From: Spirochaetia bacterium
GTDB taxonomy: Bacteria > Spirochaetota > Spirochaetia > SZUA-6 > Bin103
DNA length: 64,000 nt
Direction of reading: 5' to 3'
Assembly: GCA_965203905.1 (NCBI GenBank)
Contig: CBDBDQ010000005.1
Span: forward strand, 3,776,001 to 3,840,000
The translations under genes and the position numbers were made by a program. Shown here in pieces: positions 9,227-18,198 of this stretch (position 1 is the first letter of the stretch; each line of letters opens with the position of its first letter). A model generated the notes under the pieces. It did no database searches. It saw nothing but the letters and a program-made list of their open reading frames with translations, and was not told the origin of the DNA.

Positions 9227-10216
9227 ATGCTGACCTACATCGCGCGGCGCCTGCTGCTTACCATCCCCACCGTGTTCATCGTCACCGTGATCGTGTTCGT
9301 GATGATCCGGCTGGTTCCCGGCGACGCGGTGGACGCGATGGCCCTGCGGCTGTCGCAGCAGGGGATGGAGATCGACTTGGTGCGGGAGGAGATCGAGGCG
9401 ATGCTCGGGCTCGACGTGCCGGTGCTGACGCAGTACGGGCGCTGGATCGGCATCCTGCCCAACAAGGACGGCGTGATCGACGGCCTGCTGCAGGGCAACC
9501 TGGGCGGCTCCTACTGGCGCGCTTACACCGTCAATCAGGAGATCGCGCGCCGTCTTCCCTCCACCCTGGAGCTGGGCCTGCTGGCGCTTATCGTGTCGCA
9601 GATCATCGCGCTCCCGATCGGCATCTACTCGGCGCTGCGCCAGGACACCATCGGCGACTACATCGGCCGCAGCATCGCGATCATCTTCATCGCGGTGCCC
9701 AGCTTCTGGATCGCCACCATGGTGATCATCTTCCCCGCGCTGTGGTGGGGCTACATGCCGCCGGTGATGAAGAAGCCGTTCTTCGAGGACCCGTTGCGCC
9801 ACCTGCGCGCCTACATCGTGCCCGCCACCGTGCTCGGCATGAGCATGTCGGGCCTGACCATGCGCATGGCGCGCACCATGATGCTGGAGGTGCTGCGCCA
9901 GGACTACATCCGCACCGCCTGGGCCAAGGGCCTGCGGGAACGCGTGGTGATCGTCGGCCATGCCCTCAAGAACGCCCTGATTCCGGTGGTGACCGCCGTC
10001 GGACTCCAGCTTCCGCTGCTGATCGGCGGCACCGTGATCATCGAGACCATCTTCGTGCTGCCCGGCATGGGGTCGCTGATCGTCGACTCCACCACCACGC
10101 GCGATTACCCGATGCTCAGCGGCGCCATGCTGTTCTTCGCTTTCGGTCTGATCCTCATCAATATCCTGGTCGACCTCACCTACGCCTACCTGGACCCGAG
10201 GATCCAGTATGAGTGA
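9227..10216 (+). CDS. Peptide/nickel ABC transporter permease (DppB/OppB-like)
   Basis: MLTYIARRLL, PGDAV, EVLRQDYIRTAWAKGL, HALKNAL, YAYLDPRI. Confidence 0.95.
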   Translation: MLTYIARRLLLTIPTVFIVTVIVFVMIRLVPGDAVDAMALRLSQQGMEIDLVREEIEAMLGLDVPVLTQYGRWIGILPNKDGVIDGLLQGNLGGSYWRAYTVNQEIARRLPSTLELGLLALIVSQIIALPIGIYSALRQDTIGDYIGRSIAIIFIAVPSFWIATMVIIFPALWWGYMPPVMKKPFFEDPLRHLRAYIVPATVLGMSMSGLTMRMARTMMLEVLRQDYIRTAWAKGLRERVVIVGHALKNALIPVVTAVGLQLPLLIGGTVIIETIFVLPGMGSLIVDSTTTRDYPMLSGAMLFFAFGLILINILVDLTYAYLDPRIQYE

Positions 10217-11222
10217 CCCCGCCTCCTCCCTCGACGGCGCCGGTGCCGGCCAGGGCAGGTCGATCAACTTTCTCCAGCTCCTGCAACGGTTGGTCAAGGA
10301 GAAACCGCTGGGGGCGATCGGCGGGGTGATCACGGTGGTGCTGCTGTTCACCGGGCTGTTCGCCGACGTGCTGGCGCCGTTCGGGATGAACGAGACCGAC
10401 AAGCTGAACTTTCTCGCGCCGCCGTCCGCGCAGTACTGGCTCGGCACCGACCACCTGGGCCGCGACATGCTGAGCCGGATCATCTACGGCGCCCGCGTTT
10501 CGGTCGTGGTGGGGCTCACCTCGTCCGCCATCACCGTGGCCATCGCGGTGTTCATCGGCGTGCTCAGCGGTTACGTCGGCGGGCCGTTCGACCTGATGGT
10601 GCAGCGCGTGGTGGACGCGGTGATGGCGCTGCCGGGGCTGGTGCTGCTGCTGGTGATCATCTCCATGATCGGACCGGGCATGTGGTCGGTGATCGTGACC
10701 CTCGGCGTGCTCGGCGGCATCTCCAGCTCGCGCATCATCAGGAGCGCGGTGATCGGCATCAAGGAGAATGCCTACGTGTCGGCGGCGCAGGCGATCGGCT
10801 GCCGCAGGAGCACCATGTTCCTGCGCCACCTGCTGCCCAACATAATGGCGCCGATCATCATCCTGTTCAGCCTCAACATACCCGGCGTGATCCTGAGCGA
10901 GGCGAGCCTGAGCTTTCTCGGCTTCGGCATTCCGGCGCCGCAGCCGAGCTGGGGCGGGATGCTGGGCGGCAAGGCGCGGCCCTACATGATGTCCGCGCCC
11001 TGGATGGTGCTGTGGCCCGGCATCGCGCTGGCGGTGGTGGTGTTCGGCACCAACATCTTCGGCGACGCGTTGCGCGACCTGCTCGATCCGCGGCTGCGCG
11101 GCGGAGCCGGACGTTACGGAGTGATGGGAATCGGCAAGGCATTGACCAGGTCGGTGCGCGCCAAGCTCGCCGGCAACGGCACGGCAGGCGGCGCGAACAT
11201 CGCGGCGAACAAGGAGGTGTGA
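10209..11222 (+). CDS. Peptide/nickel ABC transporter permease (DppC/OppC-like)
   Basis: WLGTDHLGRDMLSRIIYGARVS, HLLPN, LSFLGFG, GDALRDLLDPR. Confidence 0.95.
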   Translation: MSDPASSLDGAGAGQGRSINFLQLLQRLVKEKPLGAIGGVITVVLLFTGLFADVLAPFGMNETDKLNFLAPPSAQYWLGTDHLGRDMLSRIIYGARVSVVVGLTSSAITVAIAVFIGVLSGYVGGPFDLMVQRVVDAVMALPGLVLLLVIISMIGPGMWSVIVTLGVLGGISSSRIIRSAVIGIKENAYVSAAQAIGCRRSTMFLRHLLPNIMAPIIILFSLNIPGVILSEASLSFLGFGIPAPQPSWGGMLGGKARPYMMSAPWMVLWPGIALAVVVFGTNIFGDALRDLLDPRLRGGAGRYGVMGIGKALTRSVRAKLAGNGTAGGANIAANKEV

Positions 11223-11335
11223 GGAGCTTGAGGGATTAACGAGCAGCACGAATTGGTACCGCGTTCCGGACAGGCTCCGGGACTGACTACGAGAATTACC
11301 GGGTGCAGCGGTGCATCACGGTAACGAGGAGAATC

Positions 11336-13081
11336 ATGCGACAGAAGATTCTATACGTTCTGGCGGCCGCCCTGCTGGTCGTGGCGCTGCCGCTGTTTGC
11401 CAGCGGCGAGGAGGAAGCCACGGCGCCGGCGATGGAAGGGACGTCCGAGCCGCAGTACGGCGGCACGATCACGGTGCTCAACTTCCTGACCGACGCCCTC
11501 GGCGTACCCGATCCGCACTACGGTTCCGGCTCGACCGCGATCAAGAACATGGTCGGCGAGCGGATCCAAGTGGGCGACATACACCAGTACGGCATCCGCG
11601 GGAACAGCGCGTTCGCCTTCACCGACGATGCCGGCCTGCCCCTGCCCTACAAGATGGGCGGCGTGGCCGAGAGCTGGGAAGTCACTTCCGACAAGCTGAT
11701 CCTGAAGGTGCGCGACGGCATCATGTGGTCCGGCAAGACCATCAACGACGTGATGGAGCCGCGCGAGGTTACCGCCGAGGACATCGCCTTCACCTACCGC
11801 CGCTGGTTCGACGAAGCGACCGGCCGCGGCGGCTACATCCGTGGCCTCGACTGGATCAAGAAACCGGAGGTGGAAGCCGTCTACGCCCTGGACGAGGACA
11901 CGGTGGTGTTCGAGACCAACTACTACAACGGCAACTGGGACGGCACCCTGCAGGGCGGCGGCGGCCAGCTCTACGCTCCGGAGAGCTACGCGGCCAGCGA
12001 GCCGGACAAGCTCATCTGGGAGAACATGATCGGCACCGGCCCGTTCGTGGTGAAGGAGTACGTGCCCGGTTCGCACCTCACGCTCGGCGCCAATGAGCTC
12101 TACTGGCAGAAGGCGATCATCGACGGCAAGGAGTACCGTACGCCGTTCGTGGACGAGTACGTGATGCCGATGATCAAGGACGAGACCACCGCGGTGGCGG
12201 CGCTGCAGACGGCCACGGCGGACGCCTACCTGCGGGTGACGCCGCCGCACGTGCCGGCCCTCGAAAGGGCGTTCCCGGATCTGCAGTCACGCAAGTCGGG
12301 GGCGGGGCTCGCCAACGTGATCGCGTTCGATGTCAGCAAGTCGCCGTTCGACAACCGCGACGTGCGGCGGGCGCTGATGATCGGCACCGACCGGAGCGCC
12401 GTCAACGGCATGCTGATGGAACCGGATCTGGAGTACAACATGCATCCGTTCGCCGCCGGCTGGGAAGGCTGGGTGCCCGTGGACGAGATGCCCGAGTCGA
12501 CCCGGATGCTGTTCACCTACGATCCGGAGCTGGCCAAGCAGATGCTGGCCGATGCCGGCTACCCGAATGGCTTCGAGATCGACGTGCTGGCGATGAACGT
12601 GTACCAGAATGACGACATCGCGGAGATCGTCGCCGACCAGTGGCAGGACCTGGGCGTGACGATGAACATCACCGTCAAGGACGGCGCCGCGGTGAACAAG
12701 GAAGTGCGGCCGCCGGCGCACATGGAGTACGACGCCGTGGCCTGGGTGATGGTGACCCACACCCCGATCCTGTTCGCCCACACCTACTATGGCACCAAGG
12801 GCCCGCGCAACGCCGGCTACTACCGCTCGGAGTACTTCGACGAGCGCATGCTGGGCGCGATCCGCGAGCAGGATGACGCCAAGCGCGTGCAGATGCTCAC
12901 CGAGGCCAACCTGCGGCAGCAGGACGACGTGGCCGCGATCCCCTTCGCGTTCCCGTCCTGGCGCACCTTCTGGTGGCCCTGGGTGAAGAACATCTACGGC
13001 GAGGTGTGGTACCACATCCACACCCCGGACGCCCACAACTGGTGGCTCGACCAGGCTCTGAAAGAGGAGATGGGCCACTAG
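11336..13081 (+). CDS. Family-5 ABC transporter substrate-binding protein
   Basis: GAGGAG RBS; signal peptide ending LPLFASGEEE; EPQYGGT, AESWEV, IGTGPF, PFDNRDVRRAL, YDPELAKQMLADAGYPNGF. Confidence 0.9.
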   Translation: MRQKILYVLAAALLVVALPLFASGEEEATAPAMEGTSEPQYGGTITVLNFLTDALGVPDPHYGSGSTAIKNMVGERIQVGDIHQYGIRGNSAFAFTDDAGLPLPYKMGGVAESWEVTSDKLILKVRDGIMWSGKTINDVMEPREVTAEDIAFTYRRWFDEATGRGGYIRGLDWIKKPEVEAVYALDEDTVVFETNYYNGNWDGTLQGGGGQLYAPESYAASEPDKLIWENMIGTGPFVVKEYVPGSHLTLGANELYWQKAIIDGKEYRTPFVDEYVMPMIKDETTAVAALQTATADAYLRVTPPHVPALERAFPDLQSRKSGAGLANVIAFDVSKSPFDNRDVRRALMIGTDRSAVNGMLMEPDLEYNMHPFAAGWEGWVPVDEMPESTRMLFTYDPELAKQMLADAGYPNGFEIDVLAMNVYQNDDIAEIVADQWQDLGVTMNITVKDGAAVNKEVRPPAHMEYDAVAWVMVTHTPILFAHTYYGTKGPRNAGYYRSEYFDERMLGAIREQDDAKRVQMLTEANLRQQDDVAAIPFAFPSWRTFWWPWVKNIYGEVWYHIHTPDAHNWWLDQALKEEMGH

Positions 13082-13126
13082 AGTTCACCGGAGAGGACCG
13101 GCTGACGCCGGTATCATCCCGAGTCG

Positions 13127-13164
13127 AGGGGAGATGGGACGACAGGTCTCGTCTCCCCTTTTTT
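13127..13164 (+). terminator. Intrinsic terminator after the SBP gene
   Basis: AGGGGAGATGGGAC-loop-GTCTCGTCTCCCCT followed by a T-tract. Confidence 0.8.
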
Positions 13165-13191
13165 GCTGTCGAGGACCAAGAGGAGCTGATC

Positions 13192-14319
13192 ATGCCGCAT
13201 TCCGTCGGTCGCACCGTGATCCTGCACAAGGACGATTTCGCCTACAACTCGCACCCTTCGATCGCCGTGCTGGACAACGGCGAGTGGCTGGCGGTGTTCG
13301 GCAACTCGCGGCGCCGGGAGCCGAAGGAGCACCCGCCCGGCGACCCGCTGTTCCGCAACCTGCTGGTGCGCACCGCCGATCGCGGAGCCACCTGGAGCGA
13401 GCCTGCCTTCGTCCCCGACTTCGACTGGTACGGGGTGGAGTGCCCCGGCATCGCGCAGCTCGCGAACGGCACGGTGGTGCTCACCCAGTTCCGCTTCGGC
13501 TGGTACCCGCTGGGACTGGCCCGGCAGCGCCGGGCCGCGGGCGAGCCGATCTACCTGTCGCTGCCGGGGCGCGAGCACGGCGGCTGGACCGAGGACTTCA
13601 CCGACGCCGACTGGGAGCGCTCGCAGCGCACCTGGGCGCGCGGCTACCACGGGCTCTACGCCCATCTCAGCGCGGACCGCGGCCACACCTTCGACACGGT
13701 CAAGATCGACTGTGCGCCCTACCGCGACGGCTATACCCGTACCGGGGTGGTGGAGCTGGCAGACGGACGGGTGGCCTACGCGGTCACCGAGCACCATCCG
13801 CCGCTGCCGAAGGGGGACACGTTCCTGGTCACCTCCGGCAACGGCGGCCGCGACTGGGACGCGCCCGTGCTGATGGTGCCGTCGCCCGAGCAGGATTACG
13901 GCGAGCCCGACCTGGCGGAGGTGTCCGCGGGCGAGATCTACTGCATCCTGCGTACCGACTCGCGCGGCGGTTACCTGGAAAGCTGCCGCTCGCTGGACGG
14001 CGGCGCCACCTGGAGCGCGCCGGAGCTCACGCCGATGTACGGTGGGCCGGGCCAGCTGCTGAACCTCCAGGACGGCCGCCTGCTGTGCACCTACGGCCGG
14101 CGCAAGGCGCCGTTCGGGGTCCGCGCCAGCCTGTCGGAGGACGGCGGCCGCACCTGGGACCTGGAGCGGGAGATCGTGATCCGCGCCGACCTGCCCAACG
14201 GCGACCTGGGCTACCCGACCACCATCGAGTACGCCCCCGGCGAGCTGTTCTGCTGCTACTACGGCCAGGAGCCGGATGGAGTGACCTGCATCCAGGGCAC
14301 CTACATCACCGTGGCCTGA
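13192..14319 (+). CDS. BNR/Asp-box sialidase-like beta-propeller protein
   Basis: AGGAG RBS; Asp boxes TADRGATW, SADRGHTF, SGNGGRDW, SLDGGATW, SEDGGRTW; DLGYP. Confidence 0.85.
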   Translation: MPHSVGRTVILHKDDFAYNSHPSIAVLDNGEWLAVFGNSRRREPKEHPPGDPLFRNLLVRTADRGATWSEPAFVPDFDWYGVECPGIAQLANGTVVLTQFRFGWYPLGLARQRRAAGEPIYLSLPGREHGGWTEDFTDADWERSQRTWARGYHGLYAHLSADRGHTFDTVKIDCAPYRDGYTRTGVVELADGRVAYAVTEHHPPLPKGDTFLVTSGNGGRDWDAPVLMVPSPEQDYGEPDLAEVSAGEIYCILRTDSRGGYLESCRSLDGGATWSAPELTPMYGGPGQLLNLQDGRLLCTYGRRKAPFGVRASLSEDGGRTWDLEREIVIRADLPNGDLGYPTTIEYAPGELFCCYYGQEPDGVTCIQGTYITVA

Positions 14320-14352
14320 ACACCGCACCCGGTGCGCCAGCGGCACCGTGCC

Positions 14353-15561
14353 TCATGTCACCGAGTCTCGCGGTGCTGAGCGCTGCTGGCGCAGGTGGCG
14401 GTAACGGTGGTGAGCTGCACAGCGCAAGACCAGGTTGCCCGGCTCCGCAGCGCCGCCCACCGCGACTGGAACGATGTGGTCCATTTCGAGGAAGAAGCGC
14501 GAGCCGCAGCGCCGCCCGCTATCCCGGTCGACGAAGGTGCAGCAGCCCTGGTCGCGCCGCCAAACCTCTCGTTTCACCGCAGCCGGAATCGATCTGCCCG
14601 ACGATCCGCGGGACTTCTCCACCGAAGGAAGCTCCCCTGCGCCGGCCCTCCGCTCCGTTGTCGAGCTGCCGGCTGCCACGCGGGACTTCGCCGCTGAAGT
14701 CGGCTTCGTCGATCCTGCACCGTCGGTGCTCCGCTCCGGAGTCGAACGGGCCACTGCCACGCGCGGCTTCGCTGCCGAAGTCGGCTCTGTTGCCGCCGCG
14801 CCGCCGGCGGTGCGGCCGCGATCTGCCGGCGGCGCAGCGCGCTTCGGCGCCGAAGTGCGGTCTGCAGCCGGCTTCGCGGACCGCTTCGGTGCGGACGGAG
14901 ACGTCGTCGGCGCCGCCGACTGCTCGGCCCGGCGCGGGTTCACCACCGCAGCCGCAACGCAATCTGCCTTCTCCCTTCCCGCTGTCTCCGCGGAACACTC
15001 GTCACCGGCAGGATCGGACTTCCTCCGCTTGCGGCGCGGAGGCCGGCTCGGGTCGTAGCGCTCCAGTCCCTCCCGCACCAGCCGCCCCACGAGTTGTCCG
15101 ACCGTCAGGTGCGGATCGACGTGCGACAGCAGCTCCCGCAACTGCTGCAGTCCCTGCTGGCACTCGGCGTCGATCACCGCCTTCAGCTCCCAGCGCCCGT
15201 CCCCCAGCGCGCGCAGCCGGTCGCCGGGCACCGCCGCCTCGGGATCCACCTCGGCCAGCATCTGCTGCACCTGCCGGGTGCTCTTGCCCACCGCCTGCTC
15301 CACCAGCCGCTGCCGGGCGTGTGCATCCAGCACCGGCGATGGCGCACTCTCCGCCTCGCCCGGCGTCGCGGATGGAGCCGAGCCGACACGCGGCGCGGCG
15401 CTGGTGCCGGCTCCCGGCGATCCGGTGGCGGCCCGTCCGCCTGCGCTGCGGTCCCAGCGCTCGAAGGAGTTCTGCAACAGGGCCGCGTTGCTCAGGTTCA
15501 GCGAGCCGTCCTGCAGCCACTCGCGGACGCCGCGGGTCTCGCGGCACAGGCGCATGGCCAT
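14353..15561 (-). CDS. HNH endonuclease domain protein (DUF222-like selfish element), probably N-terminally truncated
   Basis: C-terminal RSIPAAVKREVWRRDQGCC...RC...LEMDHIVPVAVGG....NLVLRCAAHH; begins abruptly at AMRLC...LQDGSLNLSNAA; repetitive linker. Confidence 0.85.
   Translation of the reverse strand: MAMRLCRETRGVREWLQDGSLNLSNAALLQNSFERWDRSAGGRAATGSPGAGTSAAPRVGSAPSATPGEAESAPSPVLDAHARQRLVEQAVGKSTRQVQQMLAEVDPEAAVPGDRLRALGDGRWELKAVIDAECQQGLQQLRELLSHVDPHLTVGQLVGRLVREGLERYDPSRPPRRKRRKSDPAGDECSAETAGREKADCVAAAVVNPRRAEQSAAPTTSPSAPKRSAKPAADRTSAPKRAAPPADRGRTAGGAAATEPTSAAKPRVAVARSTPERSTDGAGSTKPTSAAKSRVAAGSSTTERRAGAGELPSVEKSRGSSGRSIPAAVKREVWRRDQGCCTFVDRDSGRRCGSRFFLEMDHIVPVAVGGAAEPGNLVLRCAAHHRYRHLRQQRSAPRDSVT
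14614..14897. repeat. Array of palindromic CTTC-N6-GAAG motifs inside the HNH linker, including an 81-bp duplication
   Basis: Motifs at 14614, 14686, 14767 and 14842 (perfect palindrome CTTCGGCGCCGAAG), plus a degenerate copy at 14884. Confidence 0.8.
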
Positions 15562-16024
15562 ACCACTGGATTGAAAATGCCTCGAACTTCCAGGTCTCGG
15601 ACAGGCGTCGGAGATGGCTCAGGACGGGCGTAGCAGGGCGCTATCGAGCCAGCGGGCGCGAAGTGTTCTCTGGAGGAGTCGAAGCGCCGCTACGGCCCGT
15701 AGAGGGCCGTCATGAGCGCGTCAGAATGCGGCAAGCGTTTTCTTGCGAATTTCTGGGATTTTTTTTGGATCGTCAGCCGGCAGCACCGGCCGGGACATCT
15801 GCCGCATGCTCCTGTCTTGGACCAGCACAGCCTACTAGGGTGCATTCCTTCTCTGGGGCACCTGCGGCATCTGTGGTACGGGATATAGAGACCCTCCCAG
15901 AGATTCGATGATGTGGCAGCTCGAGGCTGCCTGACCGCTACCACACTGACCGAATGCACCCGGGGGTGCCGGTGCGCCCGGCGTGTGGTCAAGGGGCCGC
16001 GCACCCGGTAACATTGCGGACAGC

Positions 16025-17206
16025 GTGAACGAAACGAGCGTCACCGGGTTCGAGAGCATCGTGAAGCGGATCGGCGACCTGCCGGAGGCGTTGCACGGGC
16101 TGCAGGACGTCCTGCTGGCCAACCTGGCGATGATCGCCGAGATCCCGGCGCCCACCTTCGACGAGGGCGTGCGCGCCGCGTTCGTGCAGGAGCGGTTCGC
16201 GGAGCTGGGGTACTCCGACTGCTCCATCGACGAGGTGGGCAACGTCGCCGGCGTCCTGTCCGGCAGCGAGAATGGCGACGGCCGCAACATCCTGCTGGTG
16301 GCGCATACGGACACGCCGGTCGCGGCCACCGTGGACCACACCGTGGTGGTGCAGCCCGACCGCGTGACCGGGCCCTCGGTGGCGGACAACGCCCTGGGCC
16401 TGGCGGCGGTGGCGGCCATGCCCGCGGTGCTGGAGCGGCTCGGCCTGAGCCTGCGTTCCACCGTGCTGGGGCTGGCCTGCAGCCGCGGGCTGGGCCGCGG
16501 CAACCTGGAGGGGGTGCGCTTCTTCCTGGACCACGCCAAGCTGCCGCTGCAGTTCGGGCTCTGCGTGGAAGGGGTGCAGCTCGGGCGCCTCAGCTACACC
16601 TCGATCGGCATGATCCGCGGCGAGATCGCCTGCGAGGTGCCTGACGAGTACGACTGGACCCGGTTCGGCGCCGGCGGTGCCATCTCCACCCTCAACGACA
16701 TCATCAGCCGCATGCTGGAAATCCCCACGCCCGACCGGCCGCGCACCACCATCGTGCTGGGCCGCATCGAGGGCGGCACCTCGGCGAGCACCATCGCCAA
16801 CCGTGCCGCGCTACAGTTCGAGGTGCGCAGCGAGTCGGGCGCCATCGTGCGCCAACTGCTGGAGGCCATCTCGGAGATCATCGACGAGGTCTCGTCGCAG
16901 ACCGGCGCCGACATCCGCATGACCGTATTCGCCCGCCGGCGACCCGGCGGCATCGCCTTCACCCACCCGCTGGTGCGCCGCACGCGGCGGCTGATGCGGA
17001 GCCTGTCGCTGACGCCGCGGCTGTCCCCCAGCACTTCCGAGCTGTCGGCGTTCATCGACAACCGGGTGCCGGCGGTGACCGTGGGCCTGAGTTCCGGGGA
17101 GTCCCTGGGGCACCGCAACGAGACGGTGCGCATCGCACCGATCTACACCGGCCTGGCCCAGCTCCTGGGCATCATGCTGGCCATGGACGGCGGCTACTGC
17201 GAATGA
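16025..17206 (+). CDS. M20/M25/M40 metallohydrolase-fold protein, possibly catalytically altered
   Basis: EIPAPTF.E, IDEVGNV, LVAHTD, GPSVADN, GRIEGGTS; the usual EE motif is replaced by CSRGLG. Confidence 0.8.
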   Translation: MNETSVTGFESIVKRIGDLPEALHGLQDVLLANLAMIAEIPAPTFDEGVRAAFVQERFAELGYSDCSIDEVGNVAGVLSGSENGDGRNILLVAHTDTPVAATVDHTVVVQPDRVTGPSVADNALGLAAVAAMPAVLERLGLSLRSTVLGLACSRGLGRGNLEGVRFFLDHAKLPLQFGLCVEGVQLGRLSYTSIGMIRGEIACEVPDEYDWTRFGAGGAISTLNDIISRMLEIPTPDRPRTTIVLGRIEGGTSASTIANRAALQFEVRSESGAIVRQLLEAISEIIDEVSSQTGADIRMTVFARRRPGGIAFTHPLVRRTRRLMRSLSLTPRLSPSTSELSAFIDNRVPAVTVGLSSGESLGHRNETVRIAPIYTGLAQLLGIMLAMDGGYCE

Positions 17207-18177
17207 ACTGGCTGGCGAGCAACACCTTCCATCACAGCCAGTTCGACCTCGCCGAGCTGGAGCGGCGCAAGCGCGAATCCGGCGCGAAGATTTCGCTGTG
17301 CATTCCTACCCTCAACGAGGAACGCACCATCGGCAAGGAGATCGTGGTGCTCAAGTCTGAGCTGATGGAACGCCACCGGCTGCTCGACGAGTTGGCCGTG
17401 ATCGACTCCGGCTCAGAAGACAACACCCGCGAGGTGGCGCGCGCGTTCGGCGCCGACGTGTATTCGGCCGCCGAGGTCCTGCCCGAATGCGGCGATCACC
17501 GCGGCAAGGGCGAGAACCTGTGGAAGGCAATCTACCAGTTGGCCGGCGACATCATCGTCTACGTCGACGCCGACATCCGCAACATCCACCCGCGCTTCGT
17601 ATACGGCCTGCTCGGGCCGCTGCTGAACCGGCCCGAGGTCTCCTATGTCAAGGCGTTCTACGACCGGCCGCTGGCGGAATCGGGACGTCTGCGTCCCTCG
17701 GGCGGCGGGCGCGTCACCGAGATCCTGATCCGTCCCCTGTTCTCCCTGTTCTTTCCGGAGCTGTCGGCGCTGATCCAGCCGCTGTCAGGGGAGTACGCGG
17801 TGCGCCGCGAGGTGCTGGAGCAGATTCCGTTTCCGGTCGGCTACGGCGTGGAGACCTCGCACCTCATCGACGTCTACCACCGCTGGGGCATGAGCGCCTT
17901 CGCCCAGACCGACCTGGACCGCCGCATCCACACCAACCAGTCGACCGCCGCGCTCGGGCGCATGGCGTTCGGCATCCTGCAGACCTTCTTGCAGCGGATC
18001 GACTCCCTGGAGATCATCCGCGACCTGCCCGAACTGAACGTCACCCTGAACCAGTTCATGGCCGACCAGGGCCGCTACGAGGAACTGGTCCACGAGATCC
18101 GCGTGCTTGAGCGCCCGCCGATGATCGAAATCCCCGCCTACCGAAAAAAACAAGGCATCGACGGCACGGGCGCATAG
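17203..18177 (+). CDS. gpgS: Glucosyl-3-phosphoglycerate synthase
   Basis: IPTLNEE.TIG, GKGENLWK, VYVDADI, KAFYDRP, GGGRVTE, QPLSGEYA, GYGVE. Confidence 0.9.
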   Translation: MNWLASNTFHHSQFDLAELERRKRESGAKISLCIPTLNEERTIGKEIVVLKSELMERHRLLDELAVIDSGSEDNTREVARAFGADVYSAAEVLPECGDHRGKGENLWKAIYQLAGDIIVYVDADIRNIHPRFVYGLLGPLLNRPEVSYVKAFYDRPLAESGRLRPSGGGRVTEILIRPLFSLFFPELSALIQPLSGEYAVRREVLEQIPFPVGYGVETSHLIDVYHRWGMSAFAQTDLDRRIHTNQSTAALGRMAFGILQTFLQRIDSLEIIRDLPELNVTLNQFMADQGRYEELVHEIRVLERPPMIEIPAYRKKQGIDGTGA

Positions 18178-18198
18178 CCGGGGGGCCGGCGCGATCGT

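Noticed and set aside
14673-14790. Shared origin of the two 81-bp repeats (9052 region and HNH linker)
   Set aside because: Same period but no sequence similarity that I can see; treated as coincidence.
14614-14897. Possible CRISPR or integron attC array
   Set aside because: The conserved core is only 14 bp and lies in frame within a gene; there is no cas or integrase gene. Kept only as a palindromic repeat finding.
15835-15915. Gene fragment HIIESLGGSLYPVPQMPQVPQRRNAP on the minus strand
   Set aside because: Too short to assign; no family recognised.
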